From Thermodesulfobacteriota bacterium (lineage in GTDB: Bacteria > Desulfobacterota_D > UBA1144 > Nemesobacterales > UBA2774), in NCBI GenBank assembly GCA_963422265.1, contig OY729416.1:256001-320000 (forward strand): a DNA stretch of 64,000 bases. The letters are read 5' to 3'. Of this stretch, positions 1 to 11,384 are shown one piece after another. The notes under the pieces are model-generated. The model was not told the DNA's origin. It ran no database searches and was given only the letters and a program-made list of their open reading frames with translations. The translations under genes and the position numbers were made by a program. Numbering within the stretch: position 1 is the first letter of the stretch; every line of letters starts with the position of its first letter.

Positions 1-219
1 GGCCAGAAGTGTAATCGTCGGTTGCACAATTGCCATTTCCTTATACTGCGTAGCCTTCCAGCATTTACTCACCATGGGGACGTGCATATTTTTTTCCGGT
101 TTAAGTTGCGCGCTGGCAGCTACAATTATGGGTTCCCGGCTTCCTTCCAATTCAGCTAGCTACCGTCCGCGGTGAGTATATAGTGTATTATATCTGGCGT
201 GGCGATTTAACACATATCT

Positions 220-432
220 TTAAGAGAGAAGTTTCGTGTCATTTTTAAGAGCGTTAGATAATGTTCCACCTAGTGGTGGAGATAGCGTGTAGCGGGGTTT
301 TGTCCTCACGCCCAATGCCTCTAGTTGCTTTGCCAGTTCTTTATACTGAGCAACAACTAATTTGGAAACATTCTGATTGCGCTCCAGTAATTTTTCCTGA
401 AACAAGTCTGTTTTTCGGGTTTTATCGGGCAT
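220..432 (-). CDS. small hypothetical protein (70 aa)
   Basis: ATG-started ORF with natural-looking helical composition; no family recognised. Confidence 0.45.
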   Translation of the reverse strand: MPDKTRKTDLFQEKLLERNQNVSKLVVAQYKELAKQLEALGVRTKPRYTLSPPLGGTLSNALKNDTKLLS

Positions 433-873
433 AATTAAAGGAGGTATTCATTTGTATGAATGAAAGAGTGTAATTTCTCTCGGAGCAAGTAGTCACTCAA
501 ATAAGAACTGTATAAGTTCGAAACTAGTTTACAATGTACATACTTTAGTGCGGATAGGCAATGCCGGATGATATAAGTCGCAGCCTCCTCGCATATCTCA
601 GATACAACTCGGCGGTGGATCAATAACTACTAAAAAGCCTTGAACTTGGAAAGCTTAAGACTTTCTGCTTTCTGTGCCACCATTTCTGCCTCTAGGCGGG
701 AAACTATCCAGATTACTCCACGAGATGCCTTGTCAAGCACGGCATGACAGAAATGTTCATTACCGCCCCCTTGATTTTAGTGTGACTTATATTTACACTA
801 GCAATTTATGATTTTTTGGAATTTTATCTAATGAAAATACTAGATGTTAAGAACGGAAGGAGTAGAGATAGAA

Positions 874-2058
<1,185 letters not shown>

Positions 2059-2266
2059 TGCAAGATCGCCCATTTGGATTATCTGCTGGAGAATACGGCA
2101 TCATGGGTGGGCACAGTATAGAGCCAGCTGCGGTAATGTAATGGGTTAAGAGGTCACCCGAGCGCTCCTTGCCGTCGATGCCATATACGCCTGATCGAAT
2201 GCTGTAGTTGACAGTTATGCCGAGGTTATTGGATGGTTACAATAAACTTATGAACGTCTGACTAGA

Positions 2267-3403
2267 TTGCCTATCATGACGATTAGATTGCTTTGTATTC
2301 TGCCGATCGGTACGGATGCCAGGATTGCCAAGCGTATTGACATGTTGCGCCGGACGGGCTTTGAGGTCGAGGCTTCAGGTTTCGAACGCAAGCACTATCT
2401 CGGCCGCCGGCCGGAGTGTTCTTTCGAATCGTTGGGCAACCTTTCAAATGGGCGTTACGGCGTCCGAATGAGAAAGTTGTTGTCGGTAATTCCTAAAGTT
2501 CGGGCTGCGATGCAGCGCAATGACGTCGTCTATGCGTTCAATGTTGACATGGCATTTCTGGCTCTGATCTCGGGAACCGGATTGAGGGTGCCGGTCATTG
2601 TGGAGGTAGCAGATATAAGAGAGATTCAACTCTCTAGCCGTCCGATCGGCCGCGTGGTTCGGTGGGTTGACAAACTGACGACGCGCGCCTGTCGGCTTCT
2701 GGTGCTGTCAACCGATGGCTATTCCCATTACTACCGTAATCGGCTGGGAGTGCGCACGCCGATGGTAATCGTTGAAAACAAGATAGATAGATCGTTTGCT
2801 GCTAGTGTTCGCGCCAGGGGCGCGCATTTCCTGAGTGGCCGTCCGCTGTTGGACCGTCCGATGCGCATCGGTTGGTTCGGCTATCTGAGAGATGAATGGT
2901 CGCTGAGAGTTGTCGAGTCATTGATGCGGTCGACCGATCGGTTCCAAGTTGTTTTCGCGGGCTCGCAATCGGAACCTTTGCGGAAACTCATGGAGACACT
3001 GGGAGAAATGCCCAACAGCGAGGTTTTGGGGCCATTTGACCATCCGACAGATTTACCGATGCTTTACGAGCGCATCGATATGAGCCTGATCTGCTACCCG
3101 CCGGATGCGCCTCACGGCTGGTCTCAATCAAACAGATACTATGATGCTTGCTTGTTTCAGAAGCCAGTCATCGTCCGGGCTGGTTGTGGTGATGCCGATC
3201 GGGTGTCTCTGCACGACATTGGACTAGTTATCACTTCGTCCGAGTTTGAAGATGCGGAGGAGGAGATTCGCGGCATCTCGGCTGCGAAGTGGGAGCGCTG
3301 GCGGGCCAATATGGCGGCTTTGCCGCCCGAGGATTACACGATGAGGAATGAGGATGTCGTCCTGCGGGATGCAATCAAAGACATCGTGAGGGGATCGGCG
3401 TGA
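2267..3403 (+). CDS. GT-B fold glycosyltransferase (ExoL-like)
   Basis: RIAKRIDML start, EVADIRE, RIGWFGYLR, SNRYYDA..FQKPVI motifs; stop overlaps next start (GTGA). Confidence 0.75.
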   Translation: MPIMTIRLLCILPIGTDARIAKRIDMLRRTGFEVEASGFERKHYLGRRPECSFESLGNLSNGRYGVRMRKLLSVIPKVRAAMQRNDVVYAFNVDMAFLALISGTGLRVPVIVEVADIREIQLSSRPIGRVVRWVDKLTTRACRLLVLSTDGYSHYYRNRLGVRTPMVIVENKIDRSFAASVRARGAHFLSGRPLLDRPMRIGWFGYLRDEWSLRVVESLMRSTDRFQVVFAGSQSEPLRKLMETLGEMPNSEVLGPFDHPTDLPMLYERIDMSLICYPPDAPHGWSQSNRYYDACLFQKPVIVRAGCGDADRVSLHDIGLVITSSEFEDAEEEIRGISAAKWERWRANMAALPPEDYTMRNEDVVLRDAIKDIVRGSA

Positions 3404-6400
3404 ATTGGACTGGTGTTGCGAACATCGTCCACCGGCTTGCTGGACATCGTTACGCCGGCCGAGTTCGACATGCGTTAGTTGATGGTGCATCCGGACTCGG
3501 CGCGGTCGCCCGGCGCCTGTCGTTTCCCGGCGACAGTTTCATTCTGCTGGCTTTGCTGCTAGCGGCGAATTTCCTGCGCATCTACGTTCCCAGCATGGTT
3601 GCCGACGGGCTCTTCGGCGTGACGGTGCTGTTCCTCGCTCTCTCGCTGTTTCGGGGGCGGTTGCACGACGGCGCAAAGACGCCCCTCCTCTGCTTCGCGG
3701 CCTTGCTGGTGGTCTACGGCGTCGGCCTTGTCTTCTATTTCAGCGCACAGGGCGCGAGCAATTTTGCCGCGATTCTGTTCGCCGGCGTCATCTATGCGTT
3801 CTGCTACCAGAATGCCCCAACGCTGATTCGAGCAAAGTACGCCATTCCCCTCTTTCTGGTAGCGGCTCTGGCACTGTTTCCGCTGTACCTGCTACCGGCC
3901 GGACTCAACGCAAATAGCTTTAGCAGCATCTTCGGATACTTGTTGCTGACCGTCGGGCTTATCCTGATAGCCCGCTCTGAGTGCCGAAGAAAACGGCATT
4001 TATGGGCACACGTCTTGTTCTTGCTGGTTATGGCGATTGGCATCATTTTCGGAACCCGGATACTTGTACTTCTCGCGCTATTGGCTTACCCGCTGTACTG
4101 GAGCGGGTACTTTTTCCTGCGAAACCGATTGGGTGCCGGCGCGTGGGTGGTGACCGCGGGATTGCTGATCTGCTTTCCGATCGTGTTTTTGGGAACGCCT
4201 CACTTCAGTGAAGTCATAATGACACTCGAGAGCTTCAGTCGAAAGTATACGGGGAGCGGCATACAAACTGGACGTGAGACATTTTGGCGGCACTCGCTGG
4301 CCGCCATCTCTGAGTCCCCTTGGCTTGGCAGAGGTCCCGGCACAGGTCCCGGCACAGGTGTTTCAGGTCTGACGAACGGTGACTCGTCTTCCTCTGCGCG
4401 CCGACTGGACCTTCCTCCTTCCTGTTTGGACGCGTCGAACCAAGGCTTGATAGCCGACTGCGAGATTCTGCTCGGCGTGCGAAACACCCTGACCGGCGAT
4501 TCCGAACTTCACTACACATGGGTCCCGTCCCGCTCTCTGGATTCCTGGCAGGGCGTGACGGTAGGCGGCGCACCCGCTCGTGTGGTCGCGGTGAATTTGC
4601 CGAAGCAGGGATTGCGCGGCGCCGTTCCGCCCGAACTGGGGGGGCTGGATAAGCTAGAGTTTCTGAGGCTCAGCAAGAACTTCCTGACTGGACCCATTCC
4701 GCCGGAGTTGGGGCGGCTGGGCAACCTGCGGGTGCTGGCACTCGACGACAATGCGTTAAGCGGCCCTATTCCACCGGGGCTCGGGGCGCTCGAAAACCTC
4801 GAGGAACTGCGGCTGCGCGGCAACAGGCTGAGTGGCGAGGTGCCGCCGGAGCTGGAGGCGCTGGCCAACCTGTCGCTGCTACACCTCGCCGGCAACGACT
4901 TCACCGGCACCGTGCCGCCGGGGCTACGCGATGCGGCGGACCATGATCTCGACCGGGACCTGCTCTGCCTATCGGAGTCAGGTATAAAAGAGGGGCTGCT
5001 TGCTGACTGTGAGATTCTACTGGTAGCGCGGGACATACTGGCCGGCGACGCTGTTCTCAACTGGAAGCGCTCTAGACCCATCTCCATATGGCAAGGCGTA
5101 GCTATAGACGATACGGTGGAGGGATCGCGTGAGGGATTGCGTGTAGTTGCGCTGGACTTGACGGGGGTTGGACTGAGCGGAAGTATTCCATCCCAATTTG
5201 GCGAACTGGATCAACTTATCTCGATGCGTCTCGACGACAACAGGCTCACTGGCTCCATCCCGCTGGCATTGGGAAAGCTAATGTATCTGAAAGAGTTGCG
5301 CTTGGCAAACAATAAGTTGAGCGGCACGATCCCATCAGAGTTGGGATTGCTGTTCAGCCTGTCGGTTCTGCGTCTTGCCGGAAATGAGTTCGTGGGTGGT
5401 TTGCCATCGACGCTCGATCATGTTGTCAATCATGATCTCGGCATGGGACTATTCTGCATTCCCTCACCTCAAATCAGCTATGGCATGCTCAAGGATTGCA
5501 CGACTTTGTTGGAAGTGCGTGACGTTCTGGCGGGGGACGCCGACAACGATATGGTGCCTGATGTTGCTCTCGATTGGAAGCGCTCCAGACCCATCTCCAA
5601 GTGGCGGGGTGTGAAGTTAGGCGGTGCACCAGTGCGCGTGGTTGAGTTGAATTTGCAGAAGGCGAAGTTGGGCGGCATTATTCCACCGGAGTTGGGGCGG
5701 CTGGACCGGTTGGAAGTGCTGAGGCTCTTAGATAATCACCTGACCGGCCCGGTCCCGCCTGAGCTCGGGCGGCTGACCAATCTACGGATACTGGTGCTCG
5801 CCTACAACGCATTGACTGGTTCCGTCCCGGCCGAATTGGGTAAGCTTGAAAACCTAGAGGAGCTATGGCTGGCTGGTAACCGTCTCAGCGGCGTGGTGCC
5901 GCTGCAATTAGCGGCACTTAATAATTTATCTCTGCTGCGCCTTGCCGGCAACGAATTTTCCGGTGTCCTGCCGCGAAGGTTTTACGACGTGTTAAGCCAC
6001 GACATTGACTGGGAGGTACTCTGCATGCCATCACCGCATATTGGCGAAGGGTTACTTGCCGACTGCGAGACCCTGTTAGCGGCGCGGGATGATCTGGCGG
6101 GGGACGCTGTTTTAGACTGGAAGCGCTCCAGACCTATCTCCGCGTGGCAGGGCGTGGCTATAGATGATACAGTGGGTGGCGCACGGGTGGTCGCTCTGGA
6201 CTTGATGGGGGTTGGGCTGAGCGGGCGTATTCCATCCCAGCTCGGCAAACTGAAACAGCTTATTTCGATGCGTCTTGCTGACAACCGCTTGACTGGTTCC
6301 ATCCCGAAGTCACTTGGGTCTCTCAAGAACCTTGAGGAACTGTGGCTGCGCGGTAACCGGCTAAGTGATTCGGTGCCGTCTCAACTAACGAGGTTGAACA

Positions 6401-9400
6401 AACTGTCCGTGCTGCGTCTGGCTGGTAATAAATTCGCGGGCGACCTGCCGCCGGGGATGCGCGACGTGGCGAGCCATGATCTCGACCGGGAACTGCACTG
6501 TCCGGCCGCTCCTCGCAGCAACACCGGACTGGTCAATGATTGCGTCGTATTGTTGGAATTGCGAGACAGGCTGGCTGGGGACGCCACGCTCAACTGGAGC
6601 GCTGCGGTTCCCATAGATTTCTGGCAAGGCGTGACGGTGGTAGGGACGCCGGCCCGGGTGACGGAGCTAGACTTAGCAGGGACGGGTCTCAGCGGCATCG
6701 TCCCGCTGGAACTCTCGGAGCTTGACAGTCTGGAAGCGCTGAGGCTAAGCCAGAATGCCCTAACTGGACCCATTCCACCTGAGTTGGGGCAACTTACCAA
6801 CTTGCGCGAACTTCTACTTGGCGACAATGTCCTGAGCGGTGACATTCCGCCGGAACTGGGAGACCTGGAACAGCTACGATTGCTGCATCTGTACCAGAAC
6901 CGTCTCAGCGGTTCCATCCCACCTGAGCTGGGCGAGCTGCGCAATCTGCGCGGACTGAGTTTGGCTCTCAATCGTCTGACCGGGGCGATTCCAGCGGAGT
7001 TGGGCAGATTGAAGAACCTCCGATGGTTGAATCTCTGGCGCAACCGTCTATCCGGCCACATTCCATCGGTGCTAAAAAGGCTAGAGCAACTGGAGTTTGT
7101 CAGACTCTCGCACAATGAATTTGTTGGTGTGGTGCTAGAAGACTTTGGGAATGACGGTGCAGAACTGAAGCCTGCCACACCTGATCTGATACGCCCCGGT
7201 ACCAGCCCCGAACTGCTTGCTGATCGTGCCGTGCTGTTGGCGGTGCGCGATGTTCTTGCTGGTGATGGTGATGTGTCCTTGAACTGGAACGACTCGACCC
7301 CCATGGAGTATTGGGAGGGTGTCGTGCTGGGTGGTGCACCGGCGCGGGTGACAGCGCTGAATTTGCCGGAGAGGAGGCTGAGCGGTCACATTCCCCCGGA
7401 GTTGGGGAAACTAGACCGACTTGTGTCCCTCCGCCTCCATCGCAACCGCCTAACTGGGACTATTCCTCCCGAGCTAGGGAGGCTGTCCGAGTTGCGTGAG
7501 CTGGCGCTCGGCTCCAACACACTGAACGGCGAAATCCCCAAGCAGTTGGGAGACCTTGAGCAGTTGACCATGCTGCACCTGCGCCGGAATCAACTCTCCG
7601 GACAGATTCCAATGGATCTCGCTCGACTGATGGAGCTGCGAACCTTGTTGCTAGACTTCAATATCTTGAGTGGTAAGGTGCCGTCTGAACTCGCAAAACT
7701 CCCTAATTTGGAGGAACTGCGGCTTGCCGGTAATCAGGTGGATATCCCACCGGAGCTGGCGTCCATCGCCCCGTTGCTTCGAGGCGACATTGAGCCTGCA
7801 TCCTCGGACTCAGATGGTGTTCCCGTTGCCAATGAGACTGCGCGTCGCGCGGGTATGGATCTGTTCTGTCCGAACGCGGCAGCGAAGGGTGATGGCTTGG
7901 CTAGCGATTGCGCCGCACTGCTGGCCGCAAGGGATGCTCTGGCCGGGGAGCGTACATTGAACTGGAATCGCGCGCTGCCCATCGGCGCATGGCAGGGTGT
8001 CTCTGTCGGCGGACAGCCGCCGCGTGTGTTCGCGGTGAACCTGTCGCGAGTTGGGTTGTCCGGATACATTCCGTCGGAGCTGGGACAGTTGGAGAAACTT
8101 ATATGGTTGGATCTTAATGAGAATGCCTTGACCGGTGCAATTCCGCCAGAACTGGGGATGCTGTCCAGATTGCGCAGACTATCCTTTGCAGGCAACAAAC
8201 TGAGCGGTTCCATCCCGTCAGAATTGGGCAATCTGTCGACTCTGGAAGAGCTGCGGTTATCTGGTAATCGACTGACTGGACCTATCCCGGCGGAACTTGG
8301 GGCGCTGGGTGGCCTTTCAATGATGCAACTTGGCGGAAACGAATTCTCCGGTTGCCTCCCGTCGGAGCTGCGAGGTATGGCCGACCGCGAACTGGAGCTC
8401 GATCTACTCTGCGATTCTTCGATGGAGAGTGAACGGAGATTGCGCGAAGATGCCATTGCCCTTATGGAGCTGCGGGATATCCTAGCCGGTGGCGCTAGTC
8501 TGAACTGGAGCTATGAAAATCCCATCTCTTCCTGGGAGGGCGTTACCGTAGGACCGGTAAGCCCCGCTGGTCGAGAAGCGCAGGATAAAGGCGTGATGCA
8601 GGAAACCGAGCGTGTGATCGGGTTAGACTTGTCGGGGATGGATCTCGATGGCCGTCTGCCACCGGCGCTCGGACGCCTGGAAAAACTCATCTGGCTACGC
8701 CTCAACGACAACCGCCTGACCGGGCAGATTCCGCCGGAGCTAGGGCAGCTTGCCGACTTGCGTGAGCTCGGGCTTGAGTCTAATGCCCTGACTGGTTCCG
8801 TCCCGCCGGAGCTCGGACAGCTCGCGCATCTCTCGGAGTTGTGGCTCGGCGGCAATGGCTTGACCGGACCCATTCCGCCGGAGCTGACGTCGCTCGCTGC
8901 GCTGAGGGTTCTGCAGCTCGGCGGCAACGAATTGTCCGGCTGCATTCCGCAGTTCGGCAGTAGCGATGTGATGCGCTCGCTCTGGGCCTTGCTTGAGCTT
9001 CCATCTTGCGGGAGCGAAGCGACAGACAAGAGATTCTTCACCCTCGGCGAAGCCATCAGGAGCCTGAACAAGGCCGTGGATCCCTCGACTCCCGGCGGAA
9101 TCCCCCGATCTGCCCATAATCTGTTCTTGCAGGTGGGTCTGCAAACGGGGATTTTTGGTCTCAGCGCCCTCGGCCTTCTTTGCACGTCCCTGATTTTCAA
9201 CCTGCGAGCGCGAAGCGGAAGAAGGGTCACGCCGGTGCAGTGTTTTGCCGCAACCTGTACCACTGTTATCCTCATCCACAATACGTTTGAGGTCTTCCTG
9301 CTGCAAAACGCATTCACCGTGGGATGCGTCGCATGGATACTGATCGGCCTCGGCGCGGGGGTGGTCAATCACATCGGGCGTGTCCCCGAAAACCCGCTTG

Positions 9401-9459
9401 ATGCCGGCCCGCGAAACCATGAGCGATATACTATAACAACGAAAGTCCACGTGCCATGA
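3400..9459 (+). CDS. O-antigen ligase/polymerase (Wzy_C/WaaL-like) membrane protein with large LRR insertion
   Basis: multiple N-terminal TM helices, TGRETFW..SPWLGRGPG motif, ~1500 aa of LxxLxxLxLxxNxLxGxIPxxLG repeats, then SAHNLFLQVGLQTGIFG motif and further TM helices. Confidence 0.85.
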   Translation: MNWTGVANIVHRLAGHRYAGRVRHALVDGASGLGAVARRLSFPGDSFILLALLLAANFLRIYVPSMVADGLFGVTVLFLALSLFRGRLHDGAKTPLLCFAALLVVYGVGLVFYFSAQGASNFAAILFAGVIYAFCYQNAPTLIRAKYAIPLFLVAALALFPLYLLPAGLNANSFSSIFGYLLLTVGLILIARSECRRKRHLWAHVLFLLVMAIGIIFGTRILVLLALLAYPLYWSGYFFLRNRLGAGAWVVTAGLLICFPIVFLGTPHFSEVIMTLESFSRKYTGSGIQTGRETFWRHSLAAISESPWLGRGPGTGPGTGVSGLTNGDSSSSARRLDLPPSCLDASNQGLIADCEILLGVRNTLTGDSELHYTWVPSRSLDSWQGVTVGGAPARVVAVNLPKQGLRGAVPPELGGLDKLEFLRLSKNFLTGPIPPELGRLGNLRVLALDDNALSGPIPPGLGALENLEELRLRGNRLSGEVPPELEALANLSLLHLAGNDFTGTVPPGLRDAADHDLDRDLLCLSESGIKEGLLADCEILLVARDILAGDAVLNWKRSRPISIWQGVAIDDTVEGSREGLRVVALDLTGVGLSGSIPSQFGELDQLISMRLDDNRLTGSIPLALGKLMYLKELRLANNKLSGTIPSELGLLFSLSVLRLAGNEFVGGLPSTLDHVVNHDLGMGLFCIPSPQISYGMLKDCTTLLEVRDVLAGDADNDMVPDVALDWKRSRPISKWRGVKLGGAPVRVVELNLQKAKLGGIIPPELGRLDRLEVLRLLDNHLTGPVPPELGRLTNLRILVLAYNALTGSVPAELGKLENLEELWLAGNRLSGVVPLQLAALNNLSLLRLAGNEFSGVLPRRFYDVLSHDIDWEVLCMPSPHIGEGLLADCETLLAARDDLAGDAVLDWKRSRPISAWQGVAIDDTVGGARVVALDLMGVGLSGRIPSQLGKLKQLISMRLADNRLTGSIPKSLGSLKNLEELWLRGNRLSDSVPSQLTRLNKLSVLRLAGNKFAGDLPPGMRDVASHDLDRELHCPAAPRSNTGLVNDCVVLLELRDRLAGDATLNWSAAVPIDFWQGVTVVGTPARVTELDLAGTGLSGIVPLELSELDSLEALRLSQNALTGPIPPELGQLTNLRELLLGDNVLSGDIPPELGDLEQLRLLHLYQNRLSGSIPPELGELRNLRGLSLALNRLTGAIPAELGRLKNLRWLNLWRNRLSGHIPSVLKRLEQLEFVRLSHNEFVGVVLEDFGNDGAELKPATPDLIRPGTSPELLADRAVLLAVRDVLAGDGDVSLNWNDSTPMEYWEGVVLGGAPARVTALNLPERRLSGHIPPELGKLDRLVSLRLHRNRLTGTIPPELGRLSELRELALGSNTLNGEIPKQLGDLEQLTMLHLRRNQLSGQIPMDLARLMELRTLLLDFNILSGKVPSELAKLPNLEELRLAGNQVDIPPELASIAPLLRGDIEPASSDSDGVPVANETARRAGMDLFCPNAAAKGDGLASDCAALLAARDALAGERTLNWNRALPIGAWQGVSVGGQPPRVFAVNLSRVGLSGYIPSELGQLEKLIWLDLNENALTGAIPPELGMLSRLRRLSFAGNKLSGSIPSELGNLSTLEELRLSGNRLTGPIPAELGALGGLSMMQLGGNEFSGCLPSELRGMADRELELDLLCDSSMESERRLREDAIALMELRDILAGGASLNWSYENPISSWEGVTVGPVSPAGREAQDKGVMQETERVIGLDLSGMDLDGRLPPALGRLEKLIWLRLNDNRLTGQIPPELGQLADLRELGLESNALTGSVPPELGQLAHLSELWLGGNGLTGPIPPELTSLAALRVLQLGGNELSGCIPQFGSSDVMRSLWALLELPSCGSEATDKRFFTLGEAIRSLNKAVDPSTPGGIPRSAHNLFLQVGLQTGIFGLSALGLLCTSLIFNLRARSGRRVTPVQCFAATCTTVILIHNTFEVFLLQNAFTVGCVAWILIGLGAGVVNHIGRVPENPLDAGPRNHERYTITTKVHVP
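4450..9000 (+). repeat. eight capped LRR modules (24-aa plant-RLK-type LRRs)
   Basis: cap motif DxxxLLxxRDxLAG..LNW..WxGV begins at ~4456, 5005, 5494, 6061, 6538, 7222, 7906 and 8449, each followed by several LRRs. Confidence 0.9.
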
Positions 9460-10622
9460 AATTACACGATTTCGTCGAATATCTGTGTTGTCCCGTGACC
9501 GGAAGTGCACTCTATCTCACCCCCTCTTCCCCGATGGAGCGAGAACAACTTGTCCCGATACCGCGTAAAGGTCAGAATGCGCAGCCATTCGGAGTAAGTG
9601 AACAGGTGCTGACTCTCAAGCACGATCCATCCATCCATTATCCGGTGGTGGACGGGATTCCTGTCCTGCTCGGACCCGAAAGACTTGTGCCCACCGACAG
9701 CCCGCTGTCCCGGTGCCCGGTTGTAGATCTTCATGACCCGATGTATAGAGAAGCCTATGAAGAGAGTGAGGTCTACAACGCAGTCGTCAAAGCGAAAATG
9801 CTCGAACTTGCGCACGATTGCACGGATGACGTGGACTACATGGAAGGGCTAGCAGGACAAAAGGATATCGCTTCTGTTGCTCTGAGCTTTCCCGAACCCG
9901 CCGATATCTGGCTCGAAGTCGGATACGAGCCGGGAGGTCTGTTCGAGGCGTACCGATATCTGGCACCGGTCGACGGCAAGACGGTTATGCAAGTCGGAGG
10001 TACGGGCGCGCACGCGGTCAAGCTGCTGCTGGCAGGCGCGAGGAGCGGGTTCCTGTTAACGCCGATGCTGGATGAGGCGCGATATGCAATGCGCCTGGCG
10101 GAGGTTTTTGGCGTCCGCGACCGGTTCGCCTCCGTTGTCGGAGTCGGTGAGCAGATTCCGTTCAGAGGCGACTTATTCAATTTGGTCTGTTCTTTCAGTT
10201 GTCTCCATCATATGCGCCTTGAACATGTGGCGGGTGAATTGCACCGGGTGCTCAAAGAAGGTGGGAAGTTCGCGAGCGTCGATCCATGGAAGACGCTCCT
10301 GCACACCATCGGCACGGCGGCGCTCGGCAAGCAGGATTCATCGGTATATTGTCGGCCCATCACGGCAAAACGGATGGCGGAGATGAGAGAATGGTTCCCG
10401 GATATAACTGTCGGCCGGCACGGACCGTTGCTTCGGTATCTGTGTCTGGGATTGGAAAAGTTGAGCGGAGGTAGATTTTTTCCACGGAGCAACAGAAAAT
10501 ACCAGAAGATGCTGATGCGCATTATGCGCGCCGACGATGCCCTGGGTCGGTTCATCGGCTTGAAAGGCGGCATTATTGTCATGATGGGCACAAAATCAGC
10601 GCTGTCACCGAATCACTCCTGA
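9456..10622 (+). CDS. class I SAM-dependent methyltransferase with Trm112-like N-terminus
   Basis: LCCPVTG..YPVVDGIPVLL N-terminus; QVGGTG, GEQIPF..FNLV, LHH, RVLKEGG motifs; ATGA overlap with upstream gene. Confidence 0.8.
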   Translation: MKLHDFVEYLCCPVTGSALYLTPSSPMEREQLVPIPRKGQNAQPFGVSEQVLTLKHDPSIHYPVVDGIPVLLGPERLVPTDSPLSRCPVVDLHDPMYREAYEESEVYNAVVKAKMLELAHDCTDDVDYMEGLAGQKDIASVALSFPEPADIWLEVGYEPGGLFEAYRYLAPVDGKTVMQVGGTGAHAVKLLLAGARSGFLLTPMLDEARYAMRLAEVFGVRDRFASVVGVGEQIPFRGDLFNLVCSFSCLHHMRLEHVAGELHRVLKEGGKFASVDPWKTLLHTIGTAALGKQDSSVYCRPITAKRMAEMREWFPDITVGRHGPLLRYLCLGLEKLSGGRFFPRSNRKYQKMLMRIMRADDALGRFIGLKGGIIVMMGTKSALSPNHS

Positions 10623-10833
10623 TCCGGAACACTAATGCTCCGAGTCTCTGAAAATATGGTAGAAAACGAAAGCAGGAAGCCAGGGATGGGTGGTCCCTTA
10701 TAGCTACATATTTGGGATGTATCTGTGGATTCTTTTGAATTAGACCTGTGGAGCAGTTCATATTGTTCTCTTTGACTTTAATTAACTTGTGTTTTAAACT
10801 ACCCTAATACTATGAGCCGTAGTGTGAAGCACC

Positions 10834-11208
10834 ATGAAGTTTGTTGATTACTTCTACTTGGTTCTGATGCCTCTTCTATTGTCCGCCGGGCAGGTTCTGT
10901 TCAAGAGTACATCTGGTGTCTTAGATGCTCATTCGTCATACCGATTTTTCGTCTCGCTGCTTGGCAGTCCACATTTCTGGGCTGCCCTGTGTGTTTATGG
11001 AGCGGCTACGTTGCTGTGGGTGTTTATCTTGTCCCGCGTGCCTCTGAGCAGGGCAATGCCTTTCGTTGCCCTGACTTTTATTATCGTTCCTATTATCAGT
11101 GCAGTGTTTTTCGGCGAACGGTTGAACCTCATGTATTGGTTCGGCGTCTTCGTGATCGTGGTCGGCGTGTATATTACGGTCGCCGCGCAAGGCAAGGTTA
11201 CTGTATAG
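10834..11208 (+). CDS. small EamA/SMR-type membrane protein (ArnE/ArnF-like flippase subunit)
   Basis: 4 TM, GQVLFK, LSRVPLSRAMPF, FFGERL motifs. Confidence 0.8.
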   Translation: MKFVDYFYLVLMPLLLSAGQVLFKSTSGVLDAHSSYRFFVSLLGSPHFWAALCVYGAATLLWVFILSRVPLSRAMPFVALTFIIVPIISAVFFGERLNLMYWFGVFVIVVGVYITVAAQGKVTV

Positions 11209-11384
11209 GAGGCTTTAGTAATAATAGAGACTAATAGTGTAAGATGTTTCAATATAGATCGGTTCACGGAGTTGTTGGCGCTACGGGGCAAGCTTTCTCT
11301 TCTGCGCCTTGCCAGCAACAACTTCTCTAACAACATGGCGCCGAGAGCCAGGTTGCCTATGTTGTTCCGCATGAGCTGCGGCGT

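Noticed and set aside
1-745. Possible minus-strand ORFs at 1-87 and 435-623
   Set aside because: No recognisable motifs or convincing RBS; cannot be supported
4200-9510. Antisense ORFs over the LRR gene
   Set aside because: Shadow ORFs with no independent motifs
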